A DNA stretch of 64,000 nt from the human T2T-CHM13v2.0 reference genome, Homo sapiens: assembly GCA_009914755.4 (NCBI GenBank), contig CP068257.2, positions 9,088,001-9,152,000 on the forward strand, read 5' to 3'. The notes under the pieces are model-generated. The model did no database searches and had not been told where the DNA came from. It saw only the letters and a program-made list of their open reading frames with translations. Each line of letters begins with the position of its first letter. The first letter of the stretch is position 1. The translations under genes were made by a program, and so were the position numbers. Below, in pieces: positions 1 through 12,998 of the stretch.

Positions 1-99
1 GCTGGAAGTTTAAGATCAATTTGTTGGCAGGTTTGGTGTCTGCTGAGGTGCCTTGAACACTGCATCTTCCAGAGGGGATGAATGCTGTATTTTCATATG

Positions 100-270
100 G
101 TGGAAAGAATGAAAAGGCAAAGGGTCCTAATTCCCTCCAGCCCTTCTATAACACACTCATACCATCCATGAGGACAGAGCCCTAATAGCCTAATCATACC
201 CTCAAGGTTCCAGCTCTTAATGCTGTCACATTGAAATTAAGTTTCAACATGAATTTTGGAGAGGACAAAA
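100..270 (-). repeat. unclassified old interspersed-repeat fragment
   Basis: The reverse complement resembles a very common primate repeat motif, roughly 'ccaaaattcat(at)gttgaa...caatgtga...gtgattagg...ctcatg'. Family not identified from memory. Confidence 0.3.
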
Positions 271-279
271 CAACAAACC

Positions 280-2650
280 ATATCATCAAGTAACATAAAC
301 AATAAATTATTGGGTATATAGCAAATATAGATGTAATGTGTACAGCAACAATAGCACAAAAAGGAGAGCCAAAGTACACAAAAGTGAACAAAAGTAAAAT
401 TTATATATACATATGGCACTAGAATTGTTATGCATCTACAATTGATTGTGATAAGATGTCTACAGTAAACCCTAAAGTAGCAATTCAGGGAAACATTGAA
501 AAAACATAGATAAAATATTATTAAATTCAATGTTTTATAAAAAATACCTAATTCAAAAGAAAGCAGTAAAGGAGGAATAGAGGAATGAAAAGACATAAGG
601 TATACAGAAAACTGAAGTAAAATGATGGATGTAAATCTAACTGTACTAGTAACTTCATGTGAAAATGAATTTAAATATTCAAATAAAAGATTGTCAGACT
701 GGAGGAAAAACAAATTAAATAAAGAAGATCCATCCACATGTTGTCTGCAGGAGACACACTTTAGATCCAAAGATGAAAATTCATAGAAAAAAAGGATGGA
801 AAAGTTATATGATGCAGGCAGTAACCGCAAGAAAGCTGGAATTGTTATATTAACATCAGAAAAAAATAGACTTTAAAACAAAAGGGGTTACAGAGGTAAA
901 GGGAGATATTTCATAAAAATAAAGGTCCAATATCTCAAAAATAAATAATAATTATAAGCATATATATGTGTGATGAAAAGCCTTCAAAATCCATTGACGT
1001 AGAAACCTCCAAAAATGGAGATTAATTAGACAATTTAACATACTTCTTGCAGCCTTTAATACTCACTTTCAAAAGTGGATAAAATGACTATGCAGAAGAT
1101 CGATAAAGAAATAGAACACTTGAACAATACTATAAAATAACTAGACTGATTAGATATTTAAAGAACACTGTAACAACAGTAGATTCTCAAGTGCACACGC
1201 AACATTACCCAGGAATACCATATCCCAGGCCATAAAATAGACCTCAATGAATTTAAACATTGGAATAATACAAAGTATATTTTCAGACATTAATTGAGTA
1301 AAATAATAAATCAGCAATAGGAAAATTTGGGAAACTCAGAATTATGTGGAAATTAAACAACATGCTATTAAATAAACAATGGGCCCAAGAAGAAGTAGTA
1401 AGATAAATTAGAAAATACTTTAAAAAAGATAAAATACTTTAAGAATGCATAATATCTCTTATGTGATGCAATCAATGTAGTTCTCATACTCAAAAATAAC
1501 ATTCTCTAACCTGCCACCATAAGGCATTGAAAAAAGAGCAGCAAATTAAAACTACAGCAACCACAAGAAAGTATTAGGGATATACAAATTAGTGAAATAG
1601 AAAATACAGAAACAATTGAGATCCTCAACAAAGCCAAAAATTGTTTCTTTGAACACATCAGCAGTGGCCACAATTTAGATAGACCGATCAACAAGAAAGA
1701 GAAACTATTCAAGTATTAATGAAATTTTTAAAAGGACACTAAACTTAAAGAAATAAAAAATTATTATAAAAGTACCTATGAAAAAATATATCTAAAATTT
1801 AGATATTTTTTAAGAACTGGACAAATTCTAAGAAAGATTCAAATTAGCAAAAATGAGTCAAGGAGAAATATAAAATCTTATCAAGTAAAGAGATTTAGTA
1901 ATCAAAACTACCACCTCAGGAAACAATGACAACAGCAACAAAATCTTCTAGCCAAGAATGCTTCTACCAAACCTTCAAAGTTGAATTAATACAATTATTT
2001 ACAAACTTGCAAAAAAAAAAAAAGAGAATACACTTCCCAGTTTATTCTATGAAGCTAGTATTACCCTAATAACAAAACCAGACAATAGCATCAAAAAAAA
2101 AAAGAAAACAAAAACACAGAACAATATCTTTAACAAAAATAGATGGAAAAAATCCTCAGCAAAATGCTAATGATCAAAATCCAGCAAAACATAAAACATA
2201 TAATATACTATAACCAGGCAGGACTTATCTCAGGAATGCAAGAAAAATGTAAAATAAATGCATCATTACATTACCTAGAGTCAATTATATTGAGTTTCAT
2301 TTTCCCTATTGATTACCTATTAAGTTGCTTCCAGTTTTACAGTATTTCCTACTGCCATTCCTAGACTCATATCTGGACTGTTTCACAGTATCGACTTTAG
2401 AGAACATAGAGGGATAATCTTCGAAATAAAGAAATAATACTGTTCATTGATTTTAAAATCATATATATACACACACAAATAGTCAAAAAGTCATTTTAGC
2501 CAAAATGAATTCCATCTCAAAGAAAATAAAATAACGAAATGATACCATCAAAAAGAGATGAGAAAATGGAGGAAATGAATATTGGAAAATAGAGTCACTG
2601 ACTTAATTGTTGGATTTCTAGTGAAGCAGGTAAACAAATTAAATTCTCTT
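280..2650 (+). mobile_element. LINE-1 internal fragment (ORF1 3' end / ORF2 5' half, old L1P/L1M-type, diverged with internal deletions)
   Basis: Sense-strand similarity to the L1 ORF2 start, e.g. 'ccatccacatgttgtctgcaggagac...aaaggatgga...' and 'gcaggacttatctcaggaatgcaag'. Very A-rich coding-like sequence. Track ORFs are short and interrupted. Confidence 0.7.
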
Positions 2651-5600
2651 CTGTAGAGTTATCCTATCTAGGGCCACATGTCTTTAACCTGGCACCAACA
2701 AAGTACTAAAACCATATAACAAAGCATTCTTTTATTAATTCCATATTCATCAAATGATTTTCTGGTATACATTTGGGTCCTCATGTAACTTTGTCTATCT
2801 AGAAAGAACACTTTTGTTAATTTAAAAGGAATATTTCAGTTCCTACAGCATTTCTTTACATTAACTGGTTTAAGTACCGATCTCCGTTAGTTAATGTTAG
2901 TATACCCCTAACGAAAACTGGATTAATAATCAGGTATCTGGGCAGGAAATGCTGTGCCTCAGGGTCTACTAGCAGTGAGTGAGTAAGGAAATGATTCTTT
3001 GTGTCTTTCTGTAGTAAGGCATTCATAGCTTGTTTTACAAAGCATAATTATAGCTACCAATATTTTGGAGCCATAGATCATCAGTAAAAGGCTATATTTG
3101 TGTGCAGAACGTTTGATATAAAAAGTTAAGACTTCTAATCTTATTTTGTTATAACTTTTCTAATTATATGCTATTGTATTTTCAGATATGAATACACACA
3201 ATGAAAACAACTAAAAAGACAAAATTACCATTCACAGTTTGCCTTCTTTCCATCAAAAATTGGTCTCATGTCACATAAATGTAGTTTATTTTAGAGATGC
3301 AGTGTTCCTTTGTATTCATAGCATCATCACTCAAGATGGTAATTATTATGGTGAACATCTGGGTCATTACACTGGCTTATCCTTTTACAGATTGGTATGA
3401 AATTGGATCTTATCCTTAAGCTCCAATGTCTCTATGGCCCTGATAATGTTGAAAATGCAGTCCTCACTGTACCTAACCTTAGGAAATGAATAAATGGCTA
3501 TTTGGAGTCCTGGCTCCCTTTGTGCTTTTATATTCCTGAGGGCATGGCTTTATAATACTTCACAGAATAAGACTAATTGTGAAACATTTGGATGTAAGTT
3601 GATTTGGATGTCCTTGATTACACAACATCTGCATGTAAGACAATACATTATTTTCAATTATGATTTTGTCAAGTTCTCAAAATATAGGATTGACTTTTAA
3701 CTGCAAGTATTTCTGTGTGCTGGCATAATACCATTTGTGCTATTTTCTTATATTTATTCTATGTATTAAAAGAGGATATTAAAAGGATTTTTGTGCTTAC
3801 TTTAGACAATAATTTATTATGAAAGTTTACTCATAAATATGCTGGACAGTCATTTCATAATAAAGTATGACATTCTTTCCTTTATGTCTCCCCAAGGGTA
3901 AAGATCATTCAAGCACAACTATCTCCTGTATCGGTATTTATTCACCTAAATAGACTGTTTTGGTTAAAATTTTAATGAAAAGTCATGCTTATATTACTGT
4001 ATAATTTTGTATATGCATGAATATTTATCTGTTCAAAGTAGAAATGTAGTTGACATGAAGGGATGTCTGCCTAGTTCACAAAAGTATGACCATGGAAATA
4101 TCATTTCTATGATACTCCCTCATTAGGGAGCTATTCCTTTGTCACTCCAACCTTGAAACTGTCCCTGTGCAGTACTTTTTGATCCAAGTAATAGACCCAT
4201 GATCTGAGAATAGTCAAAGTGCATCTCAGATTTTTAAGAGTTGGAGACAGTGAAGGTTTCACTTCTGATGGTATATGTTGTAAGAATGAGTCTGTATCTG
4301 TCAGTGCCAAATTAAGTAAGATGGAATAAGAATAAAGCTGATGCTCAGAGAAGGGGGAGTGAGAGTTAGAGGTAGTATTGACTATTGAAAATCCGTCCTG
4401 AGGTCAGACCCACAAATGCATTTTGTTATTTTATTTCAATACTGATAAAACCTTTTTATGGTTATAGTTCAAATTAGTTTTTTTCAATTTCAACTGAAAT
4501 AACAGGTGTAAAAAACCACAAAAGTACCCCATTTCCCCTTGCAAATGTATTGCTCTGAAGCTAGAATGATGTTGAAATACTGGAGGTCAACCTAAAATGA
4601 TACTATTTTACTGATGCCTTCATTTTTAGTATATTTTCCTTAGATTTTACAAGAGGTAAAAGCATCTACTATAGATGTGTTACCTTTTGAGGTTGCTTGT
4701 AGTCTTCATATCTGGTGTGTAGCTGCGACAGTGGAACACGATGGAAAGACTGGAAATGATACAATTCCAAAAAGCTGTTTTTACAGTGTGAAGCCTAGCC
4801 TCAGAATAAAATTCCAATACTATCACGCAAAAAATTACTAGGTTTGCACCAAGTATGAATAGGTTGGAAAACTAAAAAGGCCTATGAGGCCCTATAAGAA
4901 CCACCTTATTAGTGTTTAATAAAGGTAAAGTACGACAGAAATAAAATGCAGGAAATCATTGAAAGTCTGTCTTTCGGGAACAGAGCCTTTCTCCCTAAAG
5001 ATCCTTTCTCAGTCTCACAGACACATTTTATCTGTATATTATAAACCTTCAAGATTTGAGCTTACTATAATAATTTAAGGGAAGTGCAGAAAAGTCTTTA
5101 TAGCAGGCTCCCTCATACATTGTTGGTCATATACTTAAGCCAAGTTGTGTAAACCATCAAACTAAACATTCTCAACGATGTAGACCAGTTGGCACTAAAC
5201 TTAAAGCAATATATTATGAATCACTAACTAGCACATGCCATTTTCATCTTGCTCACGGGTCAGTGTTATGCTTCCAATGCATTTCTAGATATAAATATTA
5301 AGCTATTCCAGTCCAACTGTAAGAGAGCCCTCCCTTATGTAGCCATACATTAACATATATGAGAATGTAAGATGTGTTGAAGAAAAAATATCAAAGGATT
5401 GAGAAACCTACATAAATTTTAAAAACAATTAAGAGAAGACCAGGCTATATTTAATGTCATCAAAGATAATTCTAGTGCATTTTCATTATTTTTTCACGTG
5501 GCTTTTCTTTCTTTTCCCCTTGACTGATTCTCTAACTAGTTTTAATCAATTTTATAGAATAATCTGCGTATAAGGCACACATTTTAGTCCAGTTCAGTTT

Positions 5601-6015
5601 TACAAATTTATGAAGCTAGTTAACCACCTACACAATCAAATATAGAATATTCCCTTCATCTACACATTTATTGTACGACCTTTACCAATGAATTCCCCAC
5701 TTCAACCCCAGAAAGGTTTAATGCATTCTGTCTTTATATAATTTCAAATTTTATTTACATGAAAGCATACAATATTTATTATTTAGTATCTGCCTTCTTT
5801 CCTCTAGTATATGACAAAAATTCACTTTTTTTTTTTTGTACAAAGGAATGACAATCCTTCAATTGTAAAAACTAAACATGCCACCCAACTAATCACATGC
5901 CTTAGGGTATATTTCTGAAAAATAAGATACATATTTTAAAAGCAACTTTATTAAAACTCAGGGCTATTAAAGTATATATACAAATACAACACTAAAAAAT
6001 AAAGTTACGTTTCCA

Positions 6016-6668
<653 letters not shown>

Positions 6669-6795
6669 TGAAACAACCCAGATAATGGAAGCAAGTATTT
6701 GCAAACCATGCATCAGGCAAGGGGTTCATACACAAAATATATAAAGAACTCAAACTACTCAAAAGCAAACATACAAATGATCTTATTAAAGAAAT
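6669..6795 (+). mobile_element. LINE-1 ORF2 3'-region fragment
   Basis: 'atttgcaaaccatgcatcaggcaaggggttcatacacaaaatatataaagaactcaaactactcaaaagcaaacatacaaatg' resembles the L1 sense sequence 'atatttgcaaaccatatatctgataaggggttaatatccaaaatatataaagaactc...'. Confidence 0.5.
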
Positions 6796-6799
6796 ATAC

Positions 6800-8032
6800 C
6801 CCAAACCTTTGTCCCCCACCATTATTTCCCTACCTTCTTTTCCTGGCGGCCTTTGGCCCCCTCCCTCTCACCACTCTTTTTCTTTCACCATCTGCCCCCA
6901 AACTACTTCATCATTTTTTGCCCACCCTCATTTCACAAAGCTGCCTCTACTCTCCTGCTCAACACCCTTTTCCCCATGCATCTACCCAAACCCTTTCCCC
7001 AGTTTCTTCCCACTGTCTTTTCCCCTTATCCCTGGCCAGCCTCTTTTTCCCCAACCCGCTCTCATCCATCTCTTTTGCTCTCTCAACCATCTCTTTTGCT
7101 CCTTTATCTAAGCAAAAACATTTTCCCCCGTCTTTTCCCAAAACCTTCTCTCCACTCCTGCTGCTCACTACCCTCTTTCCCCGCTTCATCCAACCAAAAA
7201 CTGTTTTCTTCATCGTCTTTCCCCCCGTTCCTCCTTGCCATTCTCTTTCCCTTCTCCATCTACCCAAAAACATTTCCCCCGTCTTTTCACAAAGCCTTCT
7301 CCCCACGCCTATTCACCTCTCTCTTTCCCCCTCCATCTACACACCAAAACTTTCCCCACCACCTTTTCAAAGTCTCCCCCCTTTACCACTAGTGCTGTTT
7401 TTTCTCCTACCCTGCTTGCCACCCTCTTTTTTCCCCTCCATCTACCCCAAACTATTTTTCTGTTGTTTTCCCAACCGCCATCCCTGCTACCTCTCGCCAC
7501 CCTCTTTCCTCCCTCCATCTATCGAAACACTTTTCACCCACCGTCTTTTCTTTCTTCACTGTCTTTCTTTTCTGCCACTGTCTTTTCACAAAACCTTGTC
7601 TTCCTCCTGCTGGCTACCCTCTTTTTCCTTCTCCCACTTGCTACCCTCTTTTGCTCAACCCAAAAACTTTTCTCCCCCACTGCATTTTCTCCACACTGTC
7701 TTTTCACAAAACCTTCTCTCCCTACTGCTCCACCCGTTTTCCCCCATCACCTCCCTCTCTTTCCTCCGCCCACTTGCCACCCTCTTTTCCCCCTCCATGT
7801 ACCCTTAAACTTTTTACCCACCGTCTTTCTGCAAAACCTTCCTTCCCTCCCACTCCCCACCCTGTTATTACACCTCCATCTACGCAAAAACCTTTTTCCC
7901 CACCATCTTTTCACCACCATCTTTTTTCAATTCCTTCTCTGGCTAAGCTATCCTTTTTTCCCTTTGGCCCTAACTACCCTCTTTGCTCCCCTCTATCTAT
8001 CCCAAAACTGTTTTCCTTCTCCTACCTCTCCA
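6800..8032. repeat. pyrimidine-rich (C/T) degenerate minisatellite, ~1.2 kb, unit ~80-120 bp
   Basis: Recurring motif 'ccaccctctttcc..cctccatctac(c)caaaaac(a)ttttcccccgtcttttcacaaaaccttctc'. 'ccatcta' anchors at ~7255, 7333, 7437, 7513, 7790, 7870, 7990. The + strand is >85% pyrimidine. Confidence 0.8.
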
Positions 8033-8204
8033 GCCGCGATGCTATCTCTCCGTCACTGCCAACAACTGCAATGAGGCGAGCCGCGCTCCCGCGGCTCCAG
8101 CCTCCAGCATATAGCCACCGAATCCTGATTCCTAGTCCTCTACGTTGGGCAATGAGCAACTCGACATGAAGATACAGGAACCTGAAAAAAAGTGATCGCA
8201 CTTC

Positions 8205-8460
8205 AGCATCATTTATGTACTGCGGTAGTGCCCATGGAGGTTCCTGGACTGCATGTCTTGATTGGATGAGAAAAAAACCTCCAGGCTTACTCTGATTGGA
8301 CTTTATGATCATGTTCTGATTGGATGAGAGCAAGTCTTAACACAACCAATCACAGCATGAAAATAAAGTCCAATCAGAGTAGGCCTAGAGGTTTTTTTCT
8401 CATCCAATCAAGACATGCAGTCCAGGAACTGCATTTGCATAACCTCATATATAAAGGATG
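8205..8460. promoter_or_regulatory. promoter-like module with a CCAAT/ATTGG box cluster, an ATTTGCAT octamer and TATA-like boxes facing outward on both strands
   Basis: Seen directly in the sequence. Six CCAAT/ATTGG boxes lie between 8261 and 8410. The octamer 'atttgcat' is at 8433-8440. A 'tatataaagg' box is at ~8447-8456 on the + strand. A 'cataaatg' box is at ~8210-8217 on the - strand. Confidence 0.45.
8236..8429. repeat. near-perfect ~70-bp inverted repeat (arms 8236-8306 and 8363-8429) with a 56-bp, itself palindromic, spacer
   Basis: Left arm 'ggaggttcctggactgcatgtcttgattggatgagaaaaaaacctccaggcttactctgattggactttat'. Right arm 'ataaagtccaatcagagtaggcctagaggtttttttctcatccaatcaagacatgcagtccaggaac' is its reverse complement with about 4 mismatches. 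Confidence 0.85.
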
Positions 8461-8839
8461 CTGAGGTGGCGTCAGGTCATTTCAGACTCTTCTGTGTCGA
8501 GTGGAGGAGCAACTCTGTGCCCAGCTTAGAGGACTGGAAGAGGCCGCAATCTTCCGCCTGCTGGAGGGTGGAGGATGGATGGAGCCTGGAACCTGGGTCA
8601 CTACCTCGCTGCAGTTGGTGGTGGCGATAGAGCAGTAGGAGAGCATTCGGCAGCAGGAGCTTCTCCTGCTGGGCTGGAGGACTAGAAGGAAGAGGCACTG
8701 CCACATGCTGGAGGCTGGAACCTGTGCCACCATGGCTCGCCTCGCTGTGGTTGGTGGTGACATCGGAGACTGCAGCTCAGCCACAGTGGTAGAAATGTGA
8801 TGGTGTAGGTGAGTTTTTCCGGGCCTGCCCTGTATGCCT

Positions 8840-9420
8840 CTGGGGTCAAGGGTTGGGTGTCCTATTGGGGTTCACTGCTAGAGGCTACCATGCCTGTGGC
8901 AGTGGTCTGGTTGGGGACACTCTCCGGGGTTGCATTGCTGGTGGTGGGGCAGGTTGCCTGGCTATCTGGGGCTATACTGCCTGTGGTGGCAGGGGTGGTG
9001 GGGGGAGGCAGATTGTGTACAATAGCTTGTATTGCTGGTGGCTGGGGAAGGATTAGGGGCGCTATTTTCTGCTGCACTGCCCGCAGCAGGGAGTGGGTTG
9101 GGTGGAGTTATCCAGGGCTACAATGCTGGCGGGGGGGTGGTTTAGGGGCGTTGTTGGGTGCTACACTGTGACTGGAGGGGTGCACCATTAGGAGCTGAAC
9201 TGCCTGTGGCTGGGTCAGATTGTGGGCACTATTGGGTGGTATGCTCCCTGAGGTGTGGGGGGAGTGTTTTTGTCAGGGGGTATTGGGGTTACATTGCCTG
9301 AAACTGTAGGGTGTGTTGGATGTGTTATCCAGGAGCTACACTGCTAGTGGCAGGGGGCAGATTAGGGGTGCCATGGGGACTACACTGCCAGTGGCATTGG
9401 CGAGCTGGTGAGGTGGCAGC
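8840..9420. repeat. G-rich tandem repeat, unit ~38-45 bp
   Basis: Repeated 'ggctacactgc(c/t)(a/g)gtggcaggggg..gattaggggYgcYattggg' units, with G runs of 4-8. Confidence 0.7.
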
Positions 9421-12400
9421 AGCAGTGACAGCAGTGGCTTCCTTCTTCTCGTAGCTTCCAAGTAAGGTATCGTTTTCTTCTTCTCAGACTCCAGACTCTA
9501 GAAGGCGATTTTCTTCTGCTCGAGCTGGATTGCATGGTAGGGCCTCCACACCCACTGTGGTTTCCCAGCCTGCCCTCATGCTTTGTGTTGCGAAGATCAC
9601 GTGGGACTACCGGGCAGGGAGTAGTAGGCACCATGGGGGAAGTGGGAAACAGGGCACTGTTGGTGGAGGTGTCAGGAATGGGAACCAGCCCTTTGGTGGG
9701 GAGGGCTGGCTGGGTCTTAGTTTCTCCTACGCAGGCTCCCGGAGGAGGACAGCCTTGGTGGGCCCAGCAATTCCTGGCCAGGTGTACTTGGCCAAGGGCC
9801 TGTTTCAGTGAAGGCACTCACTCCCACCCCAGGCCCCAGTTCCTGGCCAGCTTTTGCCAGAAGGAGAGGTTGGACTTTGGAAGGTGGGTGTGAGTGCCTT
9901 CAATGAAACTGATCCCTGACACCCAGTCACCAGCCTAACGAGGTGAGGCTCTAATGGTTCCAATCCCTGAGTCCTGTTTTGGGCTTTTCTGGCTTTGCCT
10001 GCCCAGCTGCTCCAAGCCACTCTGAAGAAGGAGAAGGAGGAGTCGCCTGTGGTATGGTTGAGCAGATGCCGTGGCTCTGCAGCTTGCCTCATGCAGTTGG
10101 TGGTGGAGATGGAGACCATAGCTAGAATGGAGCGGTAGGAGGGCACCCACGGGGGCTTGGTGGTAGGAGCCTGGTAGAGTGGGCTGGTACATTGAGGGTG
10201 ACTGGTTGTATTGGCATTGGTGCTAGTGGTGGTAGCAGTAGGAAGTCTGGGGGCCGGGAAGGGGGAGTAGGAGCACTGCAGGGCCCATCCCGTTCTGGGG
10301 TGGGGAGGAACCTGTGGGTGCTGTAACGAAGGTCTCGGTGGCAGTGGTGGTGGTACACCTAGGGCAAAGAGGAGTCCTCCCCCTTCTCCTGCAATCTCTG
10401 GAGTGTGCCCTCCTCCTGCCGGTGCCTGAGCTAGGCATGAGTGGCAGCATTATCTCATTCTTAACAAAATTTAGTGACTATTTGTGTATCCTTTTGCTTG
10501 TTTTTTGTTGTGATACTCTTGGAGTTACTCAAATTTTATGAATCGAGGAGGGGATAAAAAGTATTATATGATAGGCCTTCTAATTCCCACACCTGTTCTT
10601 TTTCCTTTCTTCCATTGTGTTTTCTTCTCATTTTCTTGTTCCTCTTCATTTTCTTTTGCTACTGCTTCTATTTCATGTTTCTATTCTTGTTTCTCCTCCT
10701 GTTTTTGTATTCTTATGCCAAGCAATGGCCTTAACCACCAAAACTGAGTTAAAAATAAAATACTTGTCACTGTTGTGTTTTTTAAATAACTGATCCCTTA
10801 CTATGTTTTAGAGATGAGGAAAAAAAATGAGTTGTATAATTAGTTACTTGAATAGTTATGCTTTCATAATTGTGTTAACCCATTTATGCCTAGTGTTCCA
10901 TGCTAAGCATGTGGAAATTACTTATATCCTACTGTTAAATGTCATCGAAAAGGTCTGATTTTTCACTTATGCAAAAATTCAAAAAATTGCAACCTCTGGC
11001 ATAAATGGACTAATGTGTTGTGTTATTCAAGGAATCAAAAAATGAAGCATCACATAAAATATTGGTAGCAAACAGTCATTTCATCTCTCTCACACTTTTT
11101 TCTGGAGCTATGCAAGAGTCACAGGGGTAATAAGTTCTAATTTATGAGATGATTAAGTGAACCATATTCCCTTAATTTTTTTTCTGCCACCATTTTCAAG
11201 AGTATTATCATCTGCATGAACAAAGGGTTCATCAACACATCTTTGCAAGAGGAAAAAGAAGAGGGGAGAATCATGTGTATAATGTTGTAAGGCAAACATT
11301 CACAACCAAAAACAAGGTTTTATTAACTTTCACCTTTAAGAACCTGCAGTGTTTAGCCCTCTTTGATTCCTAGTATTATTACCTTTGGTATGAACTCTTT
11401 TATTAAACTGATCACTCTAGAAGTTTATGCATTTTTTATCATTTTTCAAGCCAACAGAAATGTGTAATGCCTATAATTCTGACACTTCAGTTATTTTTAA
11501 GGCTATGAGCATGTAAGATACTGTTGGTATATGGAAGAATATGTATAAATACCACTAGGTAGCTTATTTTGAAGAGTTAGTATTTAAGTTTTTGTCCAGA
11601 GTAGATTGGTTGCAGTTTCTTAGGTGTGTTTCTTAATATGTTGCCTCAAAGTTTTAAAGCATGTAGAAATTTGAATACAGTTTAACTTCATATAGTCCTT
11701 TGTTGATAGATTTAATATTTCTAAAAACTAAAGACATCACAGCTCCCTTTAAGATTCAGTAATATTAATAAAATTTTAGAAATATAGGGTTAGAATCCAA
11801 CAAATTCAGAGGAAAATTGTTAAATTATATAGCTGTAGAGCAAGAATGAAACCCAGGTTCTAAGCTCTAAGGGGGCCATGAGGTACCGTACAAGTACTTC
11901 AGTGACTGGGCATAGATTCAGCAAAATTACAGGATGGTTAAGAGAGTGAGCTGTGGAGCCCAACTCTATGTAACATGAATTTTTAAACTGCATGGTGCCT
12001 CAGTTTATCCATCTTTACAGTGGGGACTGCAGTAAGTTTTTCTTTTTCTGCTCAGTTGTCTGTCATGTTGCGACTGTTCCCTAGTCTGTCTTGTTGCCAC
12101 TCAGTGCCCACATGACAAGACCTAAGGTAATTTCTGACAGCCTGGGACTCCTTAAAGAAAAACAGAAGGTGCTACAAAACCCATTTTAGGAGAAACCTCT
12201 GTTGTCCTCATGGAACCCCAAGAACTTCAGGCAGACGGGTCTCTCTCAAAATCTAAAGCTCTCCTCTGTTTTGCTTTGTGTTATCTGACCTTTTAGGTTT
12301 GGGTGGGCATCAGAAATCAGTCAGGGAGAGAGATCTAAAGAAAGTTGTGGATATGAAGATGTATTTATGGTAAGAAAAGTTGTGAAGGAAAGAAATGTTA

Positions 12401-12735
12401 TATGAGAGGATCTTGTATGGCAAATTTTTGTCCTAAAGTAGAATGACTAATTATGAAAGAGGGAAGTACAGGAAAAGTCAGAAAGTTCATGTCATAGATA
12501 GTCTGTGGAAGTTGTGTTAGGGTTCATAAAATGAGAAAGAAAAACTTAACAACTGCTAGATCTTTTCCTGTCTAGAAGTGTTGTGTATATGATGGATATA
12601 TAAAGGAGCCCTAACTACTTGGCTTAGAAGAAAAGGAAGTCTCTTAAATATTTTGTCAGAAAAATAGAATCTCTAATGCCTTTTATTTAACATGACTTCA
12701 GTGATCTTTGGGAAATAAAGACAGTGTTAAAATCA

Positions 12736-12861
12736 TTTTTTAGTAGAGACAGCGTTTCTCCGTATTGGTCAGGCTAATCTCGAACTCCTGTCCTCAGGTG
12801 ATCCTCCCGCCTTGGCCTCCCAGAGTGCTGGGATTACAAGCATGAGCCACTGCACCTGGCC
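12736..12861 (-). mobile_element. Alu 5' half (left arm), partial
   Basis: '...ggcctcccagagtgctgggattacaagcatgagccactgcacctggcc'. Confidence 0.85.
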
Positions 12862-12998
12862 TACAAATAGGTTAAATTATTTTATAAATTAGCTGTTGTT
12901 TGTTTTGCCTACTTTCAGACTTCTGGATTTTTTTTAAGTATGAAGGATTTCAATTGTTATATTAATATAAATGCTTAGATAAATAGCACAAACATGAA

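Noticed and set aside
6699-7808. 369-aa ORF (and overlapping 179/279/172-aa ORFs) rich in Pro/Ser/Leu/Phe
   Set aside because: It lies entirely within the polypyrimidine minisatellite. Codon content is dictated by CT-rich repeats, and multiple overlapping frames stay open. This is a repeat artefact.
8033-8470. Histone H2A/H2B divergent gene pair (suggested by CCAAT + ATTTGCAT + TATA)
   Set aside because: No histone-like coding sequence on either side. Downstream sequence is an ~80-bp repeat unit and G-rich arrays.
6800-10450. SVA or LTR12/ERV9 LTR (CT-rich hexamers, VNTR, CCAAT-rich U3)
   Set aside because: No (CCCTCT)n hexamer array, no antisense Alu-like block and no SINE-R/HERV-K tail. 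It has no LTR termini (TG...CA) and no LTR12 motifs that I can recall. Identity stays open rather than assigned.
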